Assembly: GCA_034530875.2 (NCBI GenBank)
Contig: JAVRCJ020000006.1
Location: 32,001 to 96,000, forward strand
Reading direction: 5' to 3'
Length of the DNA stretch: 64,000 nucleotides
From: Nostoc sp. DedSLP01
GTDB taxonomy: Bacteria; Cyanobacteriota; Cyanobacteriia; Cyanobacteriales; Nostocaceae
Positions 1 through 10,307 of this stretch are shown here, in pieces. Both the position numbers and the translations under genes were made by a program. The notes under the pieces are model-generated. The model was not told the DNA's origin, did not search any database, and was given only the letters and a program-made list of their open reading frames with translations. Position 1 is the stretch's first letter. Each line of letters begins with the position of its first letter.

Positions 1-213
1 ATTTGTGTCTATCGAAAGTACAAGACACTCATGCTTTTTATTTTGCTTAATTACATCCTTTTAAGGACGTGCAAAGATAGCAGTCTTATTTATTCTGGCT
101 GCTGAATGCGTTCCACAGCATTTTTGCTGAAAAAATAACTTTCATAATATGAGCTTCCAACGAAAGGCATTCTTTATTCCTTAAAAGAAACAATCTACTT
201 TTCAGGGAGTTGA

Positions 214-813
214 ATGAATATGAACTTTAAACAATTTGGTGTATTACTGTCTATATCTACAATTCTTGGAATCAACGTTATTGCAAACAAGGCTTTAGCT
301 CAAGATTTTCCGAGTATTACTTTTGGAAACGCAATAGGATCGGGTGGATGTAGTGTTGAAGATCAACTTGTTGGAGCTGATGGCAGAACTTTATCCATCA
401 TCTTGAATAACATGAGGGCAAGCAACGGTCAGCGTAAAAGGTGCATTTTACGTGTTGATACTAATATACCCGGTGGTTTTCTCGTGCAAGATGTACAGGT
501 ACTGTACCAAGGAAGTGTTGCAGTTTTACCACTAAGTAAAGGTGTAACCTTAAGCAGAAGCTATACTCTCACGGGTGGTCCTATTGGTATACTTAGGGCT
601 ATCCCTAAAACTACCCTGTTTAAAACTAACAATCCTCTTTTTCAAGAGCAAGATAATCTGACTGTTCTATCTCTATCTGATTCATGTGGCGCTCAAGGAC
701 AATTCGGTATTAATATGATTGCGCAATCCTCAGCAGGAAGTGATATTACTGTTGATACAGCCGATCTCAATGCTGGGGATGTGCAACTTTATTTCGATCT
801 AGTTCCTTGCTAA
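214..813 (+). CDS. Secreted DUF4360-like protein
   Basis: Signal peptide ending KALA-Q; G-S-G-G-C motif, later RKRCILRV and QDVQVLYQG segments resemble DUF4360; GGAG RBS upstream. Confidence 0.65.
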   Translation: MNMNFKQFGVLLSISTILGINVIANKALAQDFPSITFGNAIGSGGCSVEDQLVGADGRTLSIILNNMRASNGQRKRCILRVDTNIPGGFLVQDVQVLYQGSVAVLPLSKGVTLSRSYTLTGGPIGILRAIPKTTLFKTNNPLFQEQDNLTVLSLSDSCGAQGQFGINMIAQSSAGSDITVDTADLNAGDVQLYFDLVPC

Positions 814-952
814 TTTGCTTATTTTTGTGGGATTGAAGAGACTACAATTAGTAAAAAATTTTCCTATTTGACTAACCTTTAATCTCACATACTGCATGAG
901 AAAAGCGGCAAGAAGAGAGTGTTTTAAATATTTAATGTATCGCCTTGCCTTG

Positions 953-1065
953 GCGACTGGAAGTCTCAGTTACACAAACAAAATTAACCTGCGTGGGTTC
1001 AAAACTTTGAGTTTTATCAGTCCACGCAGGCGTACTTACGTTGTGTAGTAGCTAATTATATGCGT
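953..1065. repeat. Degenerate long palindromic dispersed repeat of Nostocales
   Basis: Imperfect inverted arms (TACACAA..CCTGCGTGG / CCACGCAGG..TTGTGTA) in an intergenic region. Confidence 0.5.
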
Positions 1066-1351
1066 CGAAACTTTTCCCACAATTTCTAATAAGCTTTTTG
1101 AAAATAGTTAGCTGTGATTTAGCATTCGATCGCTTATTCATCCGCTAGTAGGACTAAAATTCAATTCTCAATTATGTACGATGGAGACTAACGCCAACAT
1201 TAGTGTTTGAGAGGTGTGGCTCTATCCCTGGCTTTATGTTATGAACTTTTTATAAGCTGGTATTGAATAGGGTAATTACCTTCAGCATAGATAGAGCAAT
1301 AGAACGATAAACCTTTTAATATTCCAAGTTTTTGTTGATGGAGAGTAGATT

Positions 1352-1879
1352 ATGTTGAGCTTAAGTTATGCGCGTAATTTTTCTCTTTTAATATGCTTGT
1401 TTTCTTTATCTTGTTATAGTGCTAATTCATCTAGCATTGCTAATGCCATAGAAAACCAGCCACAACTTTATGCCAGTGGATGTAGTGTAAATCTCGATCC
1501 TGTAACCAATGAGGTGAAACTTCAAGCTCCGATAACTGCAAACGCCCAATCCCCAAGGACTAGATGTATAGTTAGAATCAATACCTTTACTACGCAAAAG
1601 CAATTTAGACTTGTACCTTTAGCAGTGAAAGGTCAAGTAAAGACAGCACCAGCACAAGTAGCTATCTCATCATTTTTACTTGGCGATCGCCCCACTCGTG
1701 TATTGTATCAAAGTCCACCATTCGGAAGTTCTATTAACTTTGATTTGACAAATCAAATTCCTCCAACTAACTATACAAGTAGTGGAAAAAGTCTTTTAGG
1801 GATTAATTTAGTCTTAATAACCAGCAAAGGAGAAGTACAGTTGACAGAAATGAGGTTTGCACTTCAACCGAAGATATGA
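1352..1879 (+). CDS. Secreted hypothetical protein, probable divergent paralog of 214..813
   Basis: Signal-like N-terminus; shares GCSV, RxRCIxRxxT and GINxx motifs with the upstream protein. Confidence 0.6.
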   Translation: MLSLSYARNFSLLICLFSLSCYSANSSSIANAIENQPQLYASGCSVNLDPVTNEVKLQAPITANAQSPRTRCIVRINTFTTQKQFRLVPLAVKGQVKTAPAQVAISSFLLGDRPTRVLYQSPPFGSSINFDLTNQIPPTNYTSSGKSLLGINLVLITSKGEVQLTEMRFALQPKI

Positions 1880-1977
1880 TATTTTTCCAAAGGATTTATC
1901 CAGCGAGGAATTGTGTTTGGAAACTAGCCGAAATAGTGGTGATAGTGTTTAACTTTAAACTTGATACAAATGCCTGG

Positions 1978-2009
1978 GTAGGGTAACACGGCTAGTTGTG
2001 CTGCCCTAC
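1978..2009. repeat. GTAG-type REP-like hairpin
   Basis: GTAGGGTAACAC-N-GTGCTGCCCTAC imperfect palindrome. Confidence 0.7.
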
Positions 2010-2291
2010 GGTAAATCTATTACCTAATAAATGTTATTGCAAATGTAGCCTTAGCGATCGCATTTTTTAGAAAAGCCAAATGTAGCCAAAGCGTTCTTGA
2101 AAGTTGGCAATAGCAACGGCTGAGATTGCTTACTCTTCAGGAACGCTTTTAGCGATCGCTCGCAATGGTTGTGATTAATTTTACATCGTTATTTAAAACA
2201 CCCTACAGACTAATGTTACTTACTTAAGCTGAAAGTGATTTGTTTCAATTCAAAATTCCCAATCTAAAATCCAAAATTGATTGATTCAATG

Positions 2292-2492
2292 TTACGGATC
2301 TTCAGGAAAAACCCATTTTGGCGGTTCCATCATTTTTCTCCGCAGACGTTCTTCAGCCATTTCCAACATTTTATCTAAAGAAGTTTCTTCAACAAATTTG
2401 GCAGTTGCTTCTCTAAACTCAATATTGGGGCATTTGTCCCCTAAAACGCAGCCGTTAACACAGGCTACAGCACAGTTAATTTTTTGCTCCAC
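2292..2492 (-). CDS. Small Cys-rich hypothetical protein (66 aa)
   Basis: GTG start at 2492 preceded by AAGGAGAGG; CAVACVNGCVLGDKCP motif; shorter than the ORF-track call. Confidence 0.7.
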   Translation of the reverse strand: MEQKINCAVACVNGCVLGDKCPNIEFREATAKFVEETSLDKMLEMAEERLRRKMMEPPKWVFPEDP

Positions 2493-2627
2493 AGTGAATT
2501 CCTCTCCTTTAAAGTTATGAGTTATAATTTCAACTCTTAACTTCTTAACTCTCAAACATTAGCTTCCAGATAAATTTTACCTTGCGCGTTGCTATCCTAA
2601 CGGTCTAAATACTTACCATTTATCAGC

Positions 2628-2790
2628 GAAGGCAGGAGGCAGGAGGAAAACTGCCCTCTGGAGCTTCTGCCACAACCAGAGGGAGCAAGAGTTTAAGATC
2701 CCTACGCAAGATTGAAAATTTGGTGGCTGCCCGTTGAGGGAGGATCTGAATACCTTTGGAGAACGGAACCTTCTGCCTCCTGCCTCCTTC
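2628..2790. repeat. Miniature element bounded by inverted GGCAGGA/TCCTGCC heptamer arms
   Basis: GAAGGCAGGAGGCAGGAGG ... CCTTCTGCCTCCTGCCTCCTTC; similar arms at ~7990, ~32950-33070 and ~48790-48830. Confidence 0.55.
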
Positions 2791-2889
2791 AAAAAGTTCT
2801 GACTTATGAGTTATGAGTTAGGAGTGAGGAGTTATGATTTTGACTCCTATCTCCTCACTCCTAACTCCTGACTTTAATAAAAAACGCTG

Positions 2890-4284
2890 ATGTCCCAAAT
2901 CTTTGCCACTACTGGAACTATAGCCGCGATCGCCACTGCTGTTGTCCCCCAACAGGGTAGTGTTGGTATTGTGCGGGTATCTGGCGATCGAGCAATGTCC
3001 ATCGCCCAAACTTTATTTCACACGCCAGGGCGACAAGTTTGGCAAACTCACCAAATTCTCTACGGTTATATCCGTCACCCCCAGACGCAACAATTGGTAG
3101 ATGAAGCACTGTTACTGATTATGAAAGCACCCCGTTCTTACACCCGTGAAGATGTGGTGGAATTCCATTGCCACGGCGGAATCATGGCAGTGCAGCAAGT
3201 GTTGCAACTGTGTTTGGAAAATGGTGCAAGATTAGCTCAACCCGGAGAATTTACCCTCCGCGCCTTTTTGAATGGGCGATTGGATTTAACTCAAGCCGAA
3301 GGCATAGCCGATTTAGTGGGAGCCAAATCGCCACAAGCTGCCCAAACTGCTTTAGCTGGTTTACAAGGAAAATTAGCTCATCCCATCCGCCAGTTACGCG
3401 CTAACTGTTTGGATATTTTGGCAGAAATCGAAGCTCGAATTGATTTTGAGGAAGACCTTCCTCCGCTGGATGATAAAAGGATTGTATCAGAAATTGAGAA
3501 AATTGCCGCAGAAATTTCTCGGTTGTTGGCAACCAAAGACAAAGGTGAGTTGTTACGCACTGGTCTAAAAGTGGCAATTGTCGGGCGTCCGAATGTCGGC
3601 AAGTCAAGTTTATTGAATGCTTGGAGTCGGAGCGATCGCGCCATTGTTACAGATTTACCCGGTACAACCCGCGATGTGGTGGAATCGCAGTTAGTTGTAG
3701 GCGGAATTCCCGTACAGGTGCTAGATACTGCGGGAATTCGGGAAACAACAGACCAAGTGGAAAAAATTGGCGTCGAGCGATCGCGCCGTGCGGCAAATGC
3801 AGCCGATTTAGTCTTGCTTACGATTGATGCTTCAGCAGGATGGACTCAAGGCGATGAAGAAATTTACGCCCAAGTACAGCACCGTCCGTTAATTTTAGTA
3901 ATTAATAAAATCGATTTAATAGCAGAAAACCAAAGAAAAACTTTTCAATCTCAAATCCCAAATCGCAAATCTCAAATTTTTACATCTGCTGCCCAAAATC
4001 AAGGAATTGAGGATTTAGAAACAGCAATTTTAGAGATAGTTCAAGCAGGAAAAGTTCAAGCAGCTGACATGGATTTAGCCATTAACCAAAGACAAGCAGC
4101 AGCTTTAACTCAAGCTAAAATTTCCTTGGAACAAGTGCAAGCAACTATCGAGCAGCAGCTACCTCTTGATTTTTGGACAATTGACTTACGCGGTGCGATT
4201 CAAGCACTAGGAGAAATTACTGGAGAAGAAGTCACAGAATCAGTTTTAGATAGGATATTTTCTAGGTTTTGTATAGGCAAGTAA
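2890..4284 (+). CDS. mnmE: tRNA uridine-5-carboxymethylaminomethyl(34) synthesis GTPase MnmE
   Basis: TIAAIATA N-terminus, [17 protein letters not shown] and NKID GTPase motifs, C-terminal FCIGK. Confidence 0.98.
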   Translation: MSQIFATTGTIAAIATAVVPQQGSVGIVRVSGDRAMSIAQTLFHTPGRQVWQTHQILYGYIRHPQTQQLVDEALLLIMKAPRSYTREDVVEFHCHGGIMAVQQVLQLCLENGARLAQPGEFTLRAFLNGRLDLTQAEGIADLVGAKSPQAAQTALAGLQGKLAHPIRQLRANCLDILAEIEARIDFEEDLPPLDDKRIVSEIEKIAAEISRLLATKDKGELLRTGLKVAIVGRPNVGKSSLLNAWSRSDRAIVTDLPGTTRDVVESQLVVGGIPVQVLDTAGIRETTDQVEKIGVERSRRAANAADLVLLTIDASAGWTQGDEEIYAQVQHRPLILVINKIDLIAENQRKTFQSQIPNRKSQIFTSAAQNQGIEDLETAILEIVQAGKVQAADMDLAINQRQAAALTQAKISLEQVQATIEQQLPLDFWTIDLRGAIQALGEITGEEVTESVLDRIFSRFCIGK

Positions 4285-4361
4285 ATATCGATAAATTAGT
4301 TTTGTAGCTTGGATTTTTAAATAAAGCTTTTTAAAAGGCAAGAATCATCAAATAAGTCCTT

Positions 4362-5393
4362 TTAAATGCAATATTTGATTATATTATCAGCTATCTCCCG
4401 AAACCTATCTTTAAGAAGAGAAATCTGTTCGAGCTGATTCCAAGCCCAGTTGCCGCTACCTTGCAATGTCTTTATAGGGCGGAAGTTGTGAAGTTCAGAA
4501 ACAGGTACATTTTGCCAAATACTGTTTTGGACTAAGACATTCATATCTTCAATTTGTCCAATCTGATAATTATTTGGAAGACCCTGACACAGATTACCAT
4601 TTAGCCTTTGAACAAGATCCATTTTAATGGAATCAGAAATCTTATCATGGTGAATTTGATCTGCCTTTACTAATTGGTTATTTCGAGTATCAAAACCGTT
4701 GAAAATCCACCCTGCAAACTTTGGAGATCCTAATTCGTCATACTGAGTCAGATAGGGGTTAGAAGATTTAAATCGCTGAAAACCACTGCGCCAATCCTGA
4801 AAGAAACCAGGAAGCATTTCACCTATTAATCCAACACAGTATGCACTAAAAGTGTCCGATGTGCATGGAACAATGAAATAATCAGAGGAGTAGAGTGCAG
4901 CTCTCACCAAAGCACCAAATGAAGGAGGTAAATCAACCAACGCGTAGTCATAGGGTTCTACGTTGTTTGTTTTATTTGCAAAATCAATCAGGTCGCGCAG
5001 CACAACATACTTGGCTACACCAGTACCTGTAAGCAAATCAGAACCAACGCTTAGTGATTCAGAATAAACGTTTAGCCAAAAATCACCAGCTACAATCTCT
5101 GCTTTAGAGTGTGTATGACGACCTTTGTGGCTGAAAAACTCAAATCCACCTGTATTTTGCAAAAATCTTTGTAGGTAAGCGCGGATAGTAGTTCCATAGG
5201 GTACATTTTGAGTTGGTAATGTTTTTGTAAAGGTGTCAGTGCCCAAGACGGCTAAAGACAGATTGCACTGTGGGTCAAAATCAATCATCAGCACACGCTT
5301 TTCCTTTCGTGCTATTGCGTCTGCAAGATTCCACAGAATCGTTGTTTTCCCTACTCCACCTTTATTATTAAAAATTGAAATTATCTTGGTCAT
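4362..5393 (-). CDS. Orphan ParA/Soj-family ATPase
   Basis: Deviant Walker A NNKGGVGKTT, IDFDPQCNLS, VDLPPS; no parB adjacent. Confidence 0.85.
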   Translation of the reverse strand: MTKIISIFNNKGGVGKTTILWNLADAIARKEKRVLMIDFDPQCNLSLAVLGTDTFTKTLPTQNVPYGTTIRAYLQRFLQNTGGFEFFSHKGRHTHSKAEIVAGDFWLNVYSESLSVGSDLLTGTGVAKYVVLRDLIDFANKTNNVEPYDYALVDLPPSFGALVRAALYSSDYFIVPCTSDTFSAYCVGLIGEMLPGFFQDWRSGFQRFKSSNPYLTQYDELGSPKFAGWIFNGFDTRNNQLVKADQIHHDKISDSIKMDLVQRLNGNLCQGLPNNYQIGQIEDMNVLVQNSIWQNVPVSELHNFRPIKTLQGSGNWAWNQLEQISLLKDRFREIADNIIKYCI

Positions 5394-5832
5394 AAGCTAA
5401 CTACTACTTAATTGTGTGGGATGAAAAAATTTGTATGATTTAACTATTAATGAAATTCTAATAACCATATAGTTAGGATTAACCATAGATTATTGCTCAT
5501 AGTAGAAAATACATGACCTTAGTGTAACTAACGAAACTGAGAGTTTCGATTTTTGTAAATATTTATTTATTGACACACAAGTATTTTTACAGTTATCTCA
5601 AATTCGAGTTTATTCTATAGTTTAATAAAATCAATTCCATTTAGCATTTACTGGTTGCAGCAATAGCAGTATCACTATATGAAATACTGTCTATCACAGC
5701 AAAACCCATAATTTGAGGCTAATGCTCTGTCCTCAAATCGGTTTTTGCCTAGCATAGCCGATAATTTTGTGCCTGATCTACTTTTAAGATTTAGGTTCTA
5801 AAAACAGGAAACTCCAATTTAGCTTTTTCTCT

Positions 5833-6696
5833 TCAGAGTTGCACTGTTTCAATTGGTAAATGCTGTTCCAACCAATTTTCTAAATCAGCCAGTACTTGTT
5901 GATAATTCAGGTCGCTTTGAAGGTCGTGATAAGCACCTGGATACTCGATTCTCAGTTTATCCACGTAAGTCACCCGTTGAAAAAAAATTTTCCCTCCTTC
6001 AGGTACAGTTACCCGGTCTGCTCCACCGTGAAGAATTAACAGTGGTAATTGCCAATCAGCAGCATGGGCATTAACCCAATTAACGGTAGCCAAGAATTCT
6101 GTAGCTAGACGCGCACTACCTCTGGTATGGCGCAAGGAATCTTGGGCATAAGCAGCTAAAACTTTAGCATCTCGGGAACCGCCAGAAAGATCCAGTCCCG
6201 TATTCAAGGTGAAACGCGGCCAAACCCGTGAGAGCAATTTTCCTATAACTAAGCGGGTTTTTGACACTCCAATCTTTCCTAGAGCTGGGGCTAAGGTAAT
6301 TACACCTTGCAATGCAGATGCTTCCTGAGGATAACGCAGACCATAATCTAAGACAATTACTGAACCTAAACTATGACCTAAAAGAAAAATTGGACTTCCT
6401 GGCTGTTGAGTTTTGATTAATTCTAAAAATGCTCGTAGGTCTTCACGAAACTCACTCCAACGATTAATGTACCCTCGCTGACCCGGCGAACGTCCATGAC
6501 CGCGCAAATCAAAACCGTAGACAGCGTATTGCTTGGATATTAGATATTGAATTAGATTATCGTAGCGATCGCTGTGCGCTCCCAATCCATGTACGATTGC
6601 TAATATTGCCTTTACCTTTCCTTCTGGATACCAACTTTGATAATACAGTTCCAGCTTCCCGACTCCTGTAAATGTACCTTGTTGATGGCGAATCAT
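5833..6696 (-). CDS. Alpha/beta hydrolase (lysophospholipase/monoglyceride lipase type)
   Basis: VHGLGAHS, DLRGHGRS, GHSLG nucleophile motif, HGGAD, YHDL. Confidence 0.9.
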   Translation of the reverse strand: MIRHQQGTFTGVGKLELYYQSWYPEGKVKAILAIVHGLGAHSDRYDNLIQYLISKQYAVYGFDLRGHGRSPGQRGYINRWSEFREDLRAFLELIKTQQPGSPIFLLGHSLGSVIVLDYGLRYPQEASALQGVITLAPALGKIGVSKTRLVIGKLLSRVWPRFTLNTGLDLSGGSRDAKVLAAYAQDSLRHTRGSARLATEFLATVNWVNAHAADWQLPLLILHGGADRVTVPEGGKIFFQRVTYVDKLRIEYPGAYHDLQSDLNYQQVLADLENWLEQHLPIETVQL

Positions 6697-7119
6697 CGGA
6701 TTAATTTCTGACGGTTGTTCCTACTGAGCCACTAGTTTATTAAGCTACATTGTAAAGAAAATCGCTTCCAGCTTTCGGAAGAATCACTAGTCTTTACAGA
6801 CCGAGAATTAAGAAAAATTTTCCCAGTTCTCAGCTTTCAGCTTATAACTGCGGGTTGTTTAATAGTATAAAAACAAGAACTATGATTTGTTTATGAATTC
6901 AAAGAGGTTGTTATCAAAAGTTCTAGCGACTCTGTTCGGGAAGACCTCGCTGATGCGGTAACTTCCCAAGTAGATACCAATGAAAAAACAGCTAATTTAA
7001 AATCCAGCGATCGCGAAGGAGATAATACAGAATTAGAAAATTTACCACTCCTGACTGAAGATAGTATTAAGCGGGTAAAAGAAGGTGTAGCTGCGGCTGG
7101 CGATCGCGCTGTTCGCCAA

Positions 7120-7941
7120 ATGGTTGAGGAAACTCTCAATCGTCTTGCAGCTATGAATCAAGAAAATTCTGAGCCTAGAGTGAATTCTTGGGTGCGTCGT
7201 TTTGTCATGCGATCGCTCATTCATACTCTTTTCCAAGTCCGGGTAGAACACCTCGAAAGAATACCTCAGCAACCAGCAATCCTAGCAGTTAACCATCTCC
7301 ACCATATCGATCCATTACTACTATTAGCTGAACTTCCCACCCAACCCTACTACTACATCCTCGGCGATGCTCGTACTCTTTACAATAAGTGGTGGAAGCG
7401 CTTCATCCTGGGTTTTGCCGGAGGTGTAATTCCTTTGAAACGGATATGGAAAGAAGAAGTAGCCGTCATCAAAGCAGCTAAAGCAGGAAGGAAAGATTTA
7501 GCTGACCTAGCCGCAACAATTGAACAGACAGTACCCAAGGGAGATGATATACAGACATTGCGGCAGATAGACCGGATTATTCTCTCAATTTTGGCTCGTG
7601 GCGATGCAATGATTCTGTTTCCCGAAGGGCGTCTGGGAACTGTTGAAGCTCAGTTGCATCTCCCATTAAAGCGTGGGACTATAATTTATGCTTTGCGTGC
7701 TGGCGTACCGATTATTCCAATTGCAGTCATTGGAACCCATGACCTTTATTTGAGAAAAAAGTTAACTCTAAGGGTAGGCGAACCTTTACAATTTCCTTCA
7801 ACAACCAGACCGAAACGGCAAGAAGTAGACTTAGCTTTGCAAACTCTAGAGAAAGCAATGCTTACTCTGTTACCAACTAATTATCAGGAACCAACAGGAT
7901 TAAAACCGTTACATTATTTTCTCAATCATATATTGTGGTGA
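7120..7941 (+). CDS. Lysophospholipid acyltransferase (PlsC family); true start probably further upstream
   Basis: NHLHHID (HxxxxD) and FPEG motifs; the frame is open back to 6886 with no in-frame start codon. Confidence 0.85.
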   Translation: MVEETLNRLAAMNQENSEPRVNSWVRRFVMRSLIHTLFQVRVEHLERIPQQPAILAVNHLHHIDPLLLLAELPTQPYYYILGDARTLYNKWWKRFILGFAGGVIPLKRIWKEEVAVIKAAKAGRKDLADLAATIEQTVPKGDDIQTLRQIDRIILSILARGDAMILFPEGRLGTVEAQLHLPLKRGTIIYALRAGVPIIPIAVIGTHDLYLRKKLTLRVGEPLQFPSTTRPKRQEVDLALQTLEKAMLTLLPTNYQEPTGLKPLHYFLNHILW

Positions 7942-8218
7942 AAAATTACTTTTCTCAAAAGTTTGTAATCTGGAAATTTCACCAAAGAAAGGCAGAGGGC
8001 AGAAAGTTCCAACGCAGAAAATACAATTTCTGCCCTCTAGCAAAACGGTTTCAAATCTCCTTTTACAAACTTTGGATGTCTTATCTTTAAGAAGCTACAC
8101 CAAGCGTCTTAGGGGCTTTTGTAAGAGTGTTCATGAGTCGCACTCACAAGGAACAATGAAAATTTATTTTCCCTCCCCTCAACTTTCCACTCCCTATTTT
8201 CAAGGCAAGTCCATGAAA

Positions 8219-9073
8219 TTAAAGGATAATGTCGTTTACCACTAATGATGGCGCTCCTACCAGCTGAATCTCAAACTCAACAGATAGACTTCCATTAGTT
8301 GTACCTTGGAGAATACCTCCTGAATAACGAACCTGGCCTGGTGCAGAAAATTGCTGTTCCCCAATGAAAGTGAAGGCTTGGTTACCTTCTATAGTTGAGT
8401 TGGCATCAATCGTAGATAGATCGATTTGGTCTGGTGTCAGGCTACCGCTTCCCACAAAGTCAGTGATGAGATCTCGTAACAAACCGACAGAACTATCTGA
8501 AACTGAGTTGAACTGGAAAACATCATTATCTGCTCCTCCAGTAAGAGTATCAGTCCCAAAACCGCCGACGATAGTATCGTTGCCATTACCACCAATAAGG
8601 ATATCGTTGCCACTACTGCCATTGAGGATATCGTTGCCATTATCACCAATAAGGCTATCGTTACCATTACCGCCAGTGAGGATATCGTTACCATCACCAC
8701 CAATAACGGTATCGTCACCATCACCAGCGTTAAGGATATCGTTGCCACTACTGCCAGTGAGGCTATCGTTGCCATCACCGCTACTAACGATATTGCCAAG
8801 GCTACTGCCTTGAACGTTATCGTTGCTAATACCGTTAGTAACGTTATTGCCATTACTACCGTTACTACCGTTATTAACGATATTGCCACTACTATCGTTA
8901 CTAACTACATTGCCACTACTACCGTTACTACCGTTACTAACGGTATTTTCAGTAGTAGTGTTTTGAACGGTAGTGCTGCTATTGGAGATATTGTCGCTAT
9001 TGCCATTGAAGATATCTGTAATCTCACTGCTGCTAAAAATATCACCGAAAATGCTCAAGTCAAAGCTTTCCAT
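8219..9073 (-). CDS. RTX/hemolysin-type Ca2+-binding repeat protein with serralysin-like C-terminal domain
   Basis: Multiple GGxGNDxLx nonamers; [27 protein letters not shown]-terminus. Confidence 0.85.
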   Translation of the reverse strand: MESFDLSIFGDIFSSSEITDIFNGNSDNISNSSTTVQNTTTENTVSNGSNGSSGNVVSNDSSGNIVNNGSNGSNGNNVTNGISNDNVQGSSLGNIVSSGDGNDSLTGSSGNDILNAGDGDDTVIGGDGNDILTGGNGNDSLIGDNGNDILNGSSGNDILIGGNGNDTIVGGFGTDTLTGGADNDVFQFNSVSDSSVGLLRDLITDFVGSGSLTPDQIDLSTIDANSTIEGNQAFTFIGEQQFSAPGQVRYSGGILQGTTNGSLSVEFEIQLVGAPSLVVNDIIL

Positions 9074-9939
9074 TAATGAGGTTCTCCTAAGCTTACAAGG
9101 TAAAAAACTACCTCGTTACTTCTCATCAAAAAACAGTATTGCGAATTTTGAGTATGAATTTGCTTTCTTTGCACCTTGCAAAGAAAACAGTTTCAAACAT
9201 TGAAGTTCTAAACTTTATACTTTCGTTCAGCAACACAGAGAAGACAAAATAGAAAAATAACGAGTGCTAAAAGATAACTAAAGCAGACCTAATTGAAATA
9301 GATCTTTGCTTTAAGTCTCAAGGTTTGAGAAGTACTGGATATATTAATGATGTTGCCATCAAAATTATGCCAAGAGTCATTTACTATCCTTATGCCTTAT
9401 ATCTTCACCCCTTCCAGTACTAGATTGCTAGGGAACACTCAGATTTTATCGTACAGGATTATATAGGCTATAAGATACTTCTATTCTATTATGAATACAA
9501 AACTATAATATAACTTTTAAACCTGCTTTTTTTATCTCTTAAGTAAAGAATAATTAATTATCTTTTTCTCTGAAAAAAAATAAATGTATAGCCTTTATTT
9601 AGATAAATTTTCATCAGATGCATTTAGGTTTTTATAGTTGATATCCACACTTTAAATTTCAAAATGAAGTAAAAAATGCTACAATAACTATAAATATAAA
9701 AATCTACGATAATTAAGGAAACAATATTTAACGAATCTAATTTTGAGAATAAATAATCAAATAAAAAATCTTTTCCTTATAAAAGAATTTATCTAAGCAA
9801 TAAAAATTGGAGAACCGATTAGTTTGCGCCTTTGTATATCGATAAAGTATTATTTTACTGTGTGAGTGTTTACATAAAAAATTAGATAGTAATTTTGAGA
9901 AAGTGATGTGAGTAAACTAAAAATACAATTTATTTTTTC

Positions 9940-10128
9940 TAAGTAGCTCAACCTAAAAAAACGTCAGATGTAGATGTAAATAAATGTAGTAGCGCGGCAA
10001 GCTTAATTTGCTGGGTTGAGTAATTAATTATCATGATTGAATTTTGGTTTTTCAATCTGATGAACCCAATATTTTAGCCTTGCCACGCCAGTACTATTGT
10101 TTTATGTTTAATTAAGTTCACCTACTTA
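9940..10128. mobile_element. MITE-like element with TA ends
   Basis: TAAGTAGCTCAACCTAA ... TTAAGTTCACCTACTTA imperfect terminal inverted repeats; nested GCGCGGCAAG/CTTGCCACGC arms. Confidence 0.5.
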
Positions 10129-10307
10129 TTAGAGATGGTTTATAAACCAATACAGTTCAGTTAAGAGGAAAAGTAGGTTGGGTTGAGTGTAAGCGTTATC
10201 CAACAAAGTCCAGATAATGCAGCTATAAAAAATGACAATAAAGAATTCAACACTCAAGATTAACTTGAATATCTATTTGTGAATTTATTAATTACTATTA
10301 GTACTTA

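Noticed and set aside
8364..9076. Several long alternative-frame and antisense ORFs over the RTX gene
   Set aside because: They result from the low-complexity repeat codons lacking stops in other frames; no independent protein signal
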